The notes under the pieces are model-generated. The model was not told the DNA's origin. It worked only from the letters and a program-made list of their open reading frames with translations, and did no database searches. A DNA stretch of 64,000 bases from an uncultured virus (IMG/VR IMGVR_UViG_3300018878_000121) (Duplodnaviria > Heunggongvirae > Uroviricota > Caudoviricetes): IMG/VR virus record IMGVR_UViG_3300018878_000121, positions 62,001 to 126,000 of that record; one strand, 5' to 3'. Below, piece after piece: positions 30,501 to 40,824 of the stretch; the stretch's first letter is position 1, and every line of letters begins with the position of its first letter. Both the position numbers and the translations under genes were made by a program.

Positions 30501-30712
30501 GTTTTTCTAATTTAAGTTTAGAAAAAACTCAAGGTGGAGTACCAATTATAAGTAGTAACTATGGTAATGATAAAGATATTTGTAATATTTATTTTTATAC
30601 TAAAAATTATAAAGATAATAGCATTATTAATGGTATTCTTATTGGTGAATTTTTTGATGATAAAAATTTAAGTAGTAATTATAATATTACTGTTCATTAT
30701 ATTGATTCGTGA
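24560..30712 (+). CDS. Giant virion/fibre protein with CotH-kinase-like domain and leucine-rich repeats (~2050 aa, TAG=Gln)
   Basis: Ten fragments in one frame joined at TAG, ending TGA 30710. Kinase-like motifs RAQGTSS...MKVN...MLDNVAKN...YDNDTADG; BspA-type LRR units near the C-terminus (IVIPKSIQTIATKAF, SIERIGEQAFRGC, LPTSLKQIGQHAF). Confidence 0.75.
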
Positions 30713-30721
30713 GGTAAGAAA

Positions 30722-30925
30722 ATGAAAAAAACAAAAATATATACTTATTTAGGTACAAATGGAACAATAACTTCTCCTATTCATTTAGAAAATATTTATA
30801 GTGTAGTAAAATATAATTTAATACCACAAGATGGTTATAAATTAACTAATGATGGTATTAATTTTTATAACTATAAAGTTATAAGTGAAAATGAATTAGA
30901 TCAATGGTATGAGGTTAAAGTTTAA
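30722..30925 (+). CDS. Small hypothetical protein (67 aa), possible fibre chaperone
   Basis: GAGG RBS, ATG, TAA stop; directly follows the giant fibre gene. Confidence 0.75.
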   Translation: MKKTKIYTYLGTNGTITSPIHLENIYSVVKYNLIPQDGYKLTNDGINFYNYKVISENELDQWYEVKV

Positions 30926-30977
30926 GGACAAAAATAATTAAAATAAATTATTTTAATTGCATATAATATAGAAATAA

Positions 30978-31017
30978 ATATTGATAGAGAATAATTTAAA
31001 TTATTCTCTATCAATAT
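30978..31017. repeat. Perfect 40-bp palindrome
   Basis: ATATTGATAGAGAATAATTT|AAATTATTCTCTATCAATAT is its own reverse complement. Confidence 0.95.
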
Positions 31018-31042
31018 AATTCTATAGAAAGGATGAATATAA

Positions 31043-32947
31043 ATGATTACAAAAGTAACGGAACAAAATTCTGTAAAATATCAAAAATTATTCAGAGAAG
31101 CTGAAGAATTATTAAAAAGTACTGGTACTGAAGATATTGTAGTTGGAGAAACAATTGACGATTTATATGAATATTTTATTGCTTTTCCTTCAATCTTAAA
31201 TGCGGCCGCTATTAAAGATGCTTCTGATGATAATAAAACTGGTGATCCTGAATATTACCAAAAGTATTTTACTATATTACCTTTAGATGAACCAGTATTT
31301 GAAATTAATGCTGATACTCGTGCGATTACAATTCCACAGCAATTTAAAAGTATTGGTGTAACTGGTGATAATATTGCGGAAATTGTTTTCTTTTCTATTG
31401 ATAGATTCTTTGATGCTGTTGATTTTGGTGCTCCTGAAATTGAAGCTGTAATTGAATGGCATCGTACTACCGGAGATAATCAAGATACTTATGTTGATAA
31501 AGCTTATATAAAAGAATTAACATTAAAAGAAAATAAAGTTTTAATTGGATGGGTTATTGATGAACGCATTACTGAAGAGCCTGGTACAATTGAATTTGCT
31601 GTAAGATTGGTTATGAAAGACGAAAAAAATGAAATTATTTATAGTTTTAGTACATCAGCAGCAAAAGTAAATATTAATAAAACACTTAATTTTTATCCAG
31701 ATGCTACTGAAATTGATAATACGGCGATTGCGCAAGTTAAAGCTCGTATTTTAGCAACTAATTCGCCTGATGTATCAAATGAAAATTCTTTAAATGCTCC
31801 AGCATATAATATTATAGAAGACGATGGTGATGAAATATCTACAAATATTGATTCTATGGTTGATGATGAAGGAAAACCATTAACATATTCTTATACTTCT
31901 ACTAATGATTTTTATGCCGATTTTAATGATGAAGATAATGCTTTAGTAGTAAATGTTAAAGCTAGAAGTACTAATGGTAATGGAGATGAACGTCTTCTTT
32001 ATCGTTGGTTTAAATGGAATGAAAATGATAAAAACTGGCAAGCTTATCCTATTGGAGCTGTTGAAGCAGTTGATGGAAATCAAACTATTATTGATTCTAT
32101 TGGTAAATTTAAATGTGTAGCAATAGATAATGTTGGTATTCGTAGAGCGACAAAAGATAGCCAAATTCTTCATATTCTTGGTCCATAGAAACCAGAAGTT
32201 AAAACTGCTGATGAAGGAGTTTATACTTCTATAATTTTAACCAATGAAGCAGATGGTATGGAATTAAATGTAAAACCAGGTCATGAAAATGATGTATTTT
32301 ATGTTGATAATTATGATATTAATAATAAAACAAAATTATCTTATGAATGGAAAAAGAGCAATAATCTTAATGATACTATTAAGATTGATATTGAAGATGC
32401 TTATGAACAAAAATATCAAGCAAAAGAAGAGGGCTATTATTATGGTTATGCTATAACTTAGCGTAATTTAAAAATTGAAACATCTGATGAAGCTAGTATA
32501 TATCGTGTAACTAAGCCTTTAATTCAACCTACTTTATAGTATACTGTATTAGGATTATAGAATGGTACTAATGGTAAAATTGGAGAAACTATTGAAATTG
32601 ATTTTAGCACTTATGATGATGAAGGCAATGTATTAACAACTTATGCTTATGATACAATTGATTATTAGTGGTATCGTTCTATGAATCAAAATCAAGGTGA
32701 TAGTAGTTATCAAAAAGTTGAAGATGAAGACTATAATCAAGGACATCTTACAGCTACTGATAGAAAAATTTTATTTACACCAAAAACTCCAGCAGCTTAT
32801 AGAATTAAATTATTGGTTAAACGTAATGGATAGAGTATTCCTGAAAAAGATTTTGATGAAAATGATTCATCCACTTGGCCAATGTTAAATCAATTATAGA
32901 CCAATGGAACTTATGATGAATTAACTATTTCAATGAGCATAGATTAA
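31043..32947 (+). CDS. BppU-like baseplate/receptor-binding protein (634 aa, TAG=Gln)
   Basis: FEINADTRAITIP..IGVTGDNIAEIVFFSIDRFFD...W.I...T..PGTIEFAVR pattern; Ig-like Y.W repeats downstream; reads through TAG to TAA 32945. Confidence 0.7.
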
Positions 32948-32969
32948 TCAATAAAGGAGGTTATAAGAT

Positions 32970-33584
32970 ATGATAACCAATCCGGTTGATTATTACAATA
33001 AAATATTATAGATAAAAGATTTAAATAAACCTCAATATGCGCTTTTGCTTCCAACAGATGAAACAATTTATGATATTGATTTATCTACAAGAGAAGTTAA
33101 AGCACCTAAATTTTTAAGTTTACACAAAGATCATTATGCGGAAACCATTTATTTTAAAGTTGATAGATTTTTTGATAATATGGATTTAGCAGATACAGTT
33201 TGTACTATTTAGTATGTAAATGATGGTGTAAAAAAACTTACAGGTGAAGCTGATGCGGGTCGCATTTATTTAGTACCATTTTTTGATATTTTTACATATC
33301 GTGATGACAATAAAATGCTTATTCCTTGGCAAATTAGTGGTTTAGTAGCTAGAGCTCCTGGTAATATAACCTTTTCATTTAGATTTTATAAATTAAATGA
33401 AACAGGAGATTTTATTTATTGTTTAAATACTTCTCCTGCTACAAGTAAAATTCTTAATGGATTAGATTTAAAACTTCCAGAAAATGATGAAGGTTATATG
33501 GAAGCAGGAATTGTAGATGATATTTATCATTAGATAGATATTGTGAGTAAAGCTACTGATTTATATTGGATTGAAGTTGAATAA
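32970..33584 (+). CDS. BppU-like protein, paralog of the preceding N-terminal domain (204 aa, TAG=Gln)
   Basis: AGGAGG RBS; YDIDLSTREVKAP..DHYAETIYFKVDRFFD...WQISG..A.APGNITFSFRF aligns by eye with the 31043 protein. Confidence 0.7.
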
Positions 33585-33588
33585 AAAT

Positions 33589-33617
33589 TTGACATAAATA
33601 AAAATTTATGTTATAAT
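33589..33617 (+). promoter_or_regulatory. Consensus sigma70/sigmaA promoter with extended -10 and an inverted repeat over the spacer
   Basis: TTGACA (33589-33594), 17 bp, TG-n-TATAAT (33609-33617); ACATAAAT-AAAA-ATTTATGT inverted repeat at 33592-33611. Confidence 0.85.
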
Positions 33618-33651
33618 AATATAAAAGAAAAGAAAGGTTAGGTATTTAATT

Positions 33652-33957
33652 ATGGCAACTACTTTAACAATTAATTATTCTGTAAATGGAGTAGAAAAGA
33701 ATCTTATATTAACTGAAATTACTAGATGTTCTGAAGATTTTAAATCTGAATATGTTTCTTTAAATATTTCTTGTAATGATATTGTTGAAAATAGTATTTT
33801 AGGTGAATTAATGAATTCTATAATTTCTGATATCATTTTTATAGAAGACTCTGAAACTACCACTTTTACTAATTATACTCGTCTTTATAATATTAATCGT
33901 TCTTATAAAGGTGAAGGTTCTTCTTTAACTTTTAATTTAAGAGAATATTTTAATTAA
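33652..33957 (+). CDS. Hypothetical protein (101 aa), first gene after the 33589 promoter
   Basis: ATG..TAA ORF with purine-rich RBS; no recognisable motif. Confidence 0.75.
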   Translation: MATTLTINYSVNGVEKNLILTEITRCSEDFKSEYVSLNISCNDIVENSILGELMNSIISDIIFIEDSETTTFTNYTRLYNINRSYKGEGSSLTFNLREYFN

Positions 33958-33993
33958 TTTATTAAATTAAAATGAATAAAGGAGGAATAATTT

Positions 33994-35163
33994 ATGGCAG
34001 CTGATGATAAAATATTAGCAACGTAGATTAGTACAAATTCTTCTTCCTGGTATCAAAGATTAAGAGCTATTTAGGCAAATAATAAAACAGGTATAGGCGG
34101 GTCTGCTTTATAGCAGACCGCCGACCCTGGTATCACTTCAGGAACGAAGATGACAGCAACACATATTAATAATTTTATTAATGCTTTAACAGCTTTAAAA
34201 TCAAATGTATTTTTAGCTTATGCGGATTGGACTAATTATACTCCTTCTACTGTTTCTAGTGGTGGAAAAGCTAATGCTTCTACTACATAGACTAAAATTA
34301 ATAATATGTTAACATCACTAGAAAGTATATGTAGTAATTGTTAGACATATAGTACAAATAGTTATTCTAATACTTGTTCAAATAATGCTACAACTAGTTA
34401 TTCAACCTATTCGGAAAGTATTGATAAATATAATTATTCTAATACATGTAAAACTACTTATAATTCCACAGAATCTACAAACTCTACTTGGAGTGAAAGC
34501 TGTAAAACAACTTCTAATAGTACTAATAGCTATTGTTCTGATGCTAATTGTAGCGCTTATAGCGAGAATGAAACTTGTGCAGAATTTTATGTTGGTAATA
34601 GCACTTATTCTACAGATAGCACTAGCTCAAATTCTACTTATGGAGTTGGAGATTCTACTTAGGCAACAGATGCTACTTCTGTTTGTGCTACTTTATCAAC
34701 TTATAATGATGAAATATCTTATAGTACAGATTGTAGTGATGGTTGTTGGGATTGTACTTTTCATTCTTATTGTCCTGCAGCTGAAGTAGCTACTTATAGC
34801 GTCGGAGAGTGTTCAACTAATGCTACTAATTCTGAAAATTCAACAGAAGGAGTTTGTAGCACTTGTAGTACTAATTCTACTGATTTTTATTGTAATGAAA
34901 ACTCTTGTACTGAACATACAAATAGAGGTACATATTCAAATCATTCACAATGTAGTACTTGTGGAAAAAACAGTACATATAATGATACTTGTCAAACTTG
35001 TGAGACTGATTCAACCACATCAAATACAACTTATACTTAGTCAAATTCTACATATACTAACACTAATGATGGTTATAGTACATATTCAAAAAAAGCTACA
35101 TATGGAACATATACTAATACAAGTGGTAATTCAACATATTAGACTTATACGGTAAAAAATTAA
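33994..35163 (+). CDS. Ser/Thr/Asn/Tyr/Cys-rich protein (389 aa, 22 Cys, 8 TAG=Gln); putative radical-SAM substrate
   Basis: AAGGAGG RBS; hand translation from MAADDKILATQ to YTVKN-TAA. About 110-aa Cys-free N-terminal region, then a low-complexity region with CxxC pairs and NST/NSTY repeats. Absent from the ORF track because of TAG codons. Confidence 0.85.
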
Positions 35164-35193
35164 TTGAAATGAGATAAAGGAGAAAATATTTTA

Positions 35194-36552
35194 ATGTTAC
35201 AAGATAGAGAAACAATTATTTTATATACTACAGCAGTATGTAATTTAAATTGTACTTATTGTTTTATTGATAAAAATCCAAGTTTAAAAAAGATAGATCA
35301 ATGGCTTGATGATAGTTTTTTAAAAACTCCAGATTATTATTTTGAATATGCAAAAAAAGCCGTTTTACAAGAAAAACTAAAAGAAGTATAGATTTGGGGT
35401 GGAGAACCTTTTTTGGGTATGCATAGAGCCTATGCAACAATAGATAAATTTATTAATTATTTTCCAAATTTAAAAAATTTTATGACTTCTACAAATTTTG
35501 TATCTCATTGTTTTTTTGAAGAATTTTATGGACTTCTTGATATTTTTAGAAAGCATCCAAATAGAAATTTTACATATAGTTTATAGTTATCATTAGATGG
35601 TGTAAAGGAAATAAATGATATTAATAGAGGTAATGGAGTTACTGATCGTTTTATTATTAATTTTGAAAAATTTGTTAAAGAATTACAAACTTTATTACCA
35701 AACAATTTAACATTAAAAATGCATTTAAAGCCCACTATTGATACAAATTCTTTGAAAAAATTATAGACTAAAGAACAAGTTTTTGAACAATTTATCTTTT
35801 TTGAAAGCTTCAATGAAGTATATTTGAAATATAATAAAAAAAATAATTTACTATTTTCACTTCCAATTCCTAATACAGCTTGCCCATCTCCTCATACTCA
35901 AGAAGATGGAATAATGTTTGCAAATTATTGTAAAATAACAAGAGAGCTTGAAAAAGAAAATAAAAATAATAAAATTTTTAAATTTTATAATAATATTACA
36001 AGCTTTACTCCAAGAAGAAAAATTCAATATGACAAACTTTCATTATCAGGATATTGTCAAGGTCATTGTGGTAATGGAAAAAGAGCTATTGGTCTTTTAC
36101 CTAACAATATGGTTTCTTGTTGTCATAATGGTTTTGTTGATTTGCTAGCTGAATATAAAAAGAATGTATTAACAAATAGTGAACATATGGATAATGTTAC
36201 TATTGAAAAAAGTTTATTTAAAAATAAACGTAATACTTTAATTTTCCCTTATGATAGTAAAGAATTTGAAATGTATCAAAAACAATTAGAAGTTTTTTAT
36301 CAAAATGATGATACTGCCAAAATTTCTAATTGTGCTTCTTTAATTAAATTATTGGCTGATTTTGAACAAATTGATAAAAAATATCAAGATAAAAAAGAAG
36401 CTGTTAAAGGTGCTTATTTTATTTTTAATACTACATCATATTGTGTTAGAGATAATTTAGGTGTGACTGGAAGCATCTATATGTATCCTGTTGGTTTAAT
36501 TAAATTATTGCTAAATGGAGCTAGAGAATATATTGAGGAAGGATGTAATTAA
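35194..36552 (+). CDS. Radical SAM protein 1 (452 aa, TAG=Gln), partial SPASM/Twitch-like C-terminus
   Basis: CNLNCTYC (CX3CX2C), IWGGEPF, QLSLDG; C-terminal CQGHC...LLPNNMVSCCH; fragments 35194 and 35824 in frame. Confidence 0.9.
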
Positions 36553-37941
36553 ATGGCAAAGTGTTTAAATTTTTAGGAAGAAAAAGATGTTATTTTATGG
36601 TCATTAATTAATGATACATTTGGAAGACTTTTTTCTAAAGAAAAAAAAGAAGATATTGAACATGATATGGGGTTAGAAATTTATATAACCCCTGAATGTA
36701 ATTAGAATTGTTCTTATTGTTATTTATGTAAAAATGGTGATGAACTTTATCCTAAAGAATTAAGAAATCCTACAATAATTTTAAATAATTTAAAAATTAT
36801 GTTAGATTATTGTATTGATAATAATTGGAATCCTGGAAGATTTGATTTTTTTTCTGGAGAAATTTGGGATACTGATTTAGGTTATAATGTTTTAAGCATT
36901 ACAGAAGAAGCAATAGAAAGAGGTTTTCACCCTAGACTAATTGTAATTCCATCAAATTTTAGTTTTATTTTAAATGAAGAAGCTAAAAATAGAGTTGAAA
37001 AATTTATGGAAAAATGTAGACAATTTAATATAAAGCCATGTTGGTCTTGTTCTAATGATGGTTTATTGTTAGATTTAGAGACAAGACCATTTAATTCAGA
37101 TGAATTAAATGCAAAAAAAGATACTGAAGATTATTATAAAAAATTATTTGAATTTTGTAAAAAATGGAATTTAGGTTTTCATCCAATGGTGGCAGCACAC
37201 GGAATTGAAAAATGGTCAGAAAATTTTTTATGGTGGATGTCAGAATTAAAGAAATATAAATTTGAAAGAAATTCTTCAATAATGTTTTTAGAAGTTAGAA
37301 ACGATGATTGGACAGATGATAAAATTTATCATTATTTAAAATATTTAAATACTAGTATTAATTATTTAAATGATGAATGTATTAATTTAAATACATTGTC
37401 TTTTGAAGATTATGTTAGAAAAACTAATAAAAATATTAAATACAATTATACACCTGTTATTTTAGAAAAATCAAGTTTATAGCCTGGATGCACTATTCAT
37501 AGATCTTTAGTTATTCGTTTAGGTGATTTAGCAATAGTTCCTTGTCATAGAACTTCTTATGAAGAATTTATTATAGGACATTTTAAAGTAGAGAATAATA
37601 AAATTATAGGAGTTACAGCTAAAAATATTCAAATAATGAATTAGGTATGGCTAAATAATATGAGTGGTAATGCTAAATGCACTAATTGTCCTTATAGCAA
37701 TTACTGTATGAAAGGATGTTATGGTTCTTAGTTTGAATCTACTGGAGAATTATTATATCCAATAGAATCAGTATGCAATTTATATAAAGCAAGAGCAATA
37801 TTTATTTTTTATAAATATTTAAAAATGGGTATTTATAGAGAAGATAATCCCGAGGATAAAAAATATTTTGATTTTATTCAATCAATTAAAGATACGAAGG
37901 AGTTTAAAAAATGGTACAAAATTGTTTAGGAATTGATTTAA
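36553..37941 (+). CDS. Radical SAM/SPASM protein 2 (462 aa, TAG=Gln)
   Basis: C-N-(TAG=Q)-N-C-S-Y-C motif, FSGE, SNDG; SPASM-type GC...GDLAIVPCH...CTNCPYSNYCMKGCYGS...VC; TAA at 37939. Confidence 0.9.
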
Positions 37942-38510
37942 TTAATATTTATGAAAATCTTATCATAAATGGATTAAATGTAGAATTAGCAAAAGATATT
38001 GAAAAATATTTGATTTATTTTTTAGACAATAACACTAATGAAAATTAGTTATTATTATATAATTTATTAAATATTTTAAAACGTCAATAGAATACATCAA
38101 TTCTTCTAAATTTTTTAATTCAAGAAGTTGAATTAAAGTTATTAAGATTAAGTTTTTCTAATAATGATATAAAAAATAATAAAGATTGTTATAATATTTC
38201 ATCTTGTCAAAAAAATGAATCTAAAGAAGAATTAAAGAAAATTTTAAAAGTAACTAATAAAGATTTATTCCCTCCAAAAGGGACTACAACTCGTATTATT
38301 AATAAAAGAAAAGAAGAAAATGAAGAACATGAATATGTTTTAGAGATAGATGATCAAGGTAATGTTTTAGAAATTTTAGAACATTATATAACAAAAAATG
38401 ATGCAGATTCTATTGATATATTAAATGATTCTCCTTTAAGCAAACTTAAAGAAAAATATCTTAAAGAAGATAAAGAAAATAATTCTTTAACAGAAAATGA
38501 TTTAGAATAA
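37911..38510 (+). CDS. Hypothetical protein (199 aa, TAG=Gln)
   Basis: AAGGAG RBS, ATG 37911 overlapping the end of rSAM2, two in-frame TAG, TAA at 38508. Confidence 0.7.
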
Positions 38511-39612
38511 TATTAATAATTTAAATATTTCTAAAATGGGATTAGGAATTATGCGTCATAATTCTAATCAACAATATACAAAACAACTAATAGAATATGC
38601 TTTAAATAATAAAATTAATTATTTTGAAGCTTGTGATTTCTATTTACAAAACGCTTGTGAAATACGTCTTGGGGATGCTTTAAAATAGCATCCTCGGACT
38701 TCATATAAATTATGTGATAAACTTCCATTATCTACAATTCCTTATTTTATTCAAAAAAATAAAAATTGGAATTTAAATGATTATTTTAATAATCAATTAG
38801 CAAAATGTAGAACTGATTATTTTGATGTTTATTTGATTTAGGCTTTAGATGAACGTAATTTTAATTACTTGGAAAAATATCAAATTATTGATTTCTTTTT
38901 AAAACAAAAAGAACAAGGAAAAATTAAATTATTGGGTTTTTCTTTTCATGGAAAAGTTGATATTTTAAAAAAATTATTAGAAATGAAATGTTGGGATATC
39001 GTTTAGTTTCAATTAAATTATTATGATTGGATTTTAGGTGAGGCGAAAGAATTATATTTTTTAACAAAAGAATATGATTTACCTATTATTACAATGGGAC
39101 CAACTAAAGGCGGATTATTAATAAATAATTTACCTAAAAAATCATTAGATAGATTAAAAGAAAACAATATTAATCCAGTCTATTTATGTTATTCTTTTTT
39201 AGAAACTTTAGACAACGTTAAAATTATTTTATCAGGAGCAGAAACTTATGAAATGATTAAAGATAATTTAAATTATTTTGAAAATGAATCTCATAAATTA
39301 ACTCCAGAAGAGTGGTAGCATATTAAACAAAATATTCAAGATTATCAAGAATAGAGTTTAATTCAATGTACGGGATGTCGTTATTGTGTTCAAAGATGTC
39401 CTGCTAATTTACCAATAGATAAAATTTTTAAAGAATATAATAATTTTATTCAATCTAAAGATTTATAGTCAAGAGAATTTTTATATTAGAATATTCATAG
39501 TTCTAACTCTACACAGAATTGTAAAAATTGTGGTCAATGTGTAAAAATTTGTCCGCAACATTTAAATATTCCAGAAATTTTTCATAAACAAATTTTCCCA
39601 GTAAGGAGATGA
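38497..39612 (+). CDS. Aldo/keto reductase-like protein with C-terminal 2x[4Fe-4S] domain (~371 aa, TAG=Gln)
   Basis: SKMGLGIMR, INYFE, DKLP, GKIKLLGFSFHG, QFQLNYYD, MGPTKGG; C-terminal CTGCRYCVQRCP and CKNCGQCVKICP. Start inferred from overlap with the upstream gene. Confidence 0.85.
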
Positions 39613-39616
39613 AAAA

Positions 39617-40027
39617 ATGGTAGTATCTGAATTAGTAGCTACAATTTTTCAAGTTTGTATAATTCCATTATTGGGTGTATTAACTACTTTTTTTGTAAAA
39701 TGGGTTAATTCCAAAAGCGCAGAAATCTCAAATAAAATTGATGATGAAACATTAAATAAATATTTAAATATGCTTACTGAAACAATTAATACTTGCGTTT
39801 TAGCAACCAATTAGACATATGTTGAAAGTTTAAAACAACAAGGAAAGTTTGATGCGGAAGCGCAGAAAGAAGCATTTAATTTAACTTGTTCAGCAGTAAT
39901 GGATATTTTAAGTGAGGACGCAAAAGAATATTTAACTTCTGCTATTGGAGATTTACAAATTTATATTACAAAGAAAATTGAAGCTGAAGTACATACAAAT
40001 AAAGTTACACCTTGTGTAAATCAATAA
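39617..40027 (+). CDS. Probable holin (LL-H-like, one N-terminal TM; 136 aa, TAG=Gln)
   Basis: Hydrophobic IFQVCIIPLLGVLTTFFVKWV; ATNQTYVESLKQQGKFD...IEAEV pattern; reads through TAG at 39812. Confidence 0.65.
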
Positions 40028-40036
40028 AATAAATAT

Positions 40037-40070
40037 AGGGGAACCTTTAGTATAATCTAAAGGTTCCCCT
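40037..40070. terminator. Probable bidirectional terminator between convergent genes
   Basis: AGGGGAACCTTTAG-TATAAT-CTAAAGGTTCCCCT, flanked by A- and T-rich tracts. Confidence 0.85.
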
Positions 40071-40084
40071 TATTTTTGTTTATA

Positions 40085-40789
40085 TTAAATTCTATTATAA
40101 GTAAGCCAACGTTCACGAATTAAATCATGAGATTTTTTGGGAAAATATAATACTTCATCATTTTCAAAAGTTAAATGGTCAGTATCAATAATCTTAATTT
40201 CACTTAAATTAATCAATAAACTTGGTGCTAAAAATAAAAATTGCGGATGTTGGTTCAATGGAGTTATTGCTTTTTCAAAAGATGAGCGCAATGACTAACC
40301 ATCAAACATTGTTCCATTTTTTAAATGATAACATAAACAACGTTTTACAATGTTAATATAATTAACTTGACTTGAGCGTATTCTTCTTTCACCTTCCGCA
40401 GTTTTAATTACCAAACTATCTTCTCTTATCTCTTTTTTAATTATATTAAATAATTCAAACAATTCTTCTTTTTCTATTGGTTTTAAAAAATAATGATCTG
40501 CATGCACTTTATAAGCAGGATAAGCGAGAGAAGGATCTTCTCCAATAAAAATAAAATAACTATTTGGGTCTATTTTATCCATGCGATGACTTAACTCATA
40601 TAGATTTTCTGATGAATCAGTGTCCATAATATAAACATCAAAACTTGCAGGAACAACAAGTAAATCTTCTGATTTATCAAAAATTGATACTTTTGCCACA
40701 GACTTAGATTCTATTAAATATTCTTGAATCATCTCACGCAATTCATTTAAATATGTTTTGTTGTCATCATAAATAGCAATAGAGAGCAT
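40085..40789 (-). CDS. LytTR-family response regulator (REC + LytTR, 234 aa, one TAG=Gln)
   Basis: IAIYDD..YIMD..YFLKP receiver domain; INYINIVKRCLCYHL and FLFLAPSLLINLSEI LytTR-like region; two fragments joined at TAG 40295-40297. Confidence 0.85.
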
Positions 40790-40824
40790 ATTTAAACTCC
40801 TCCTTTAAAATTTTTTACAATATT

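Noticed and set aside
34385..35155. Two hydrophobic 'membrane protein' ORFs (34385-34789, 34820-35155)
   Set aside because: They are shifted-frame shadows of the Ser/Thr/Asn/Cys-rich gene, which has the RBS, start and stop.
34321..35160. CRISPR array or DGR variable repeat in the low-complexity region
   Set aside because: There are no identical spaced DNA repeats and no template/variable repeat pair, and no reverse transcriptase in the window; the repetition is at the amino-acid level.
2..39612. Decayed prophage with many pseudogenes
   Set aside because: The interruptions are always TAG in the same frame, with no frameshifts and no TAA/TGA at the breakpoints examined, and motifs continue across them; this indicates recoding, not decay.
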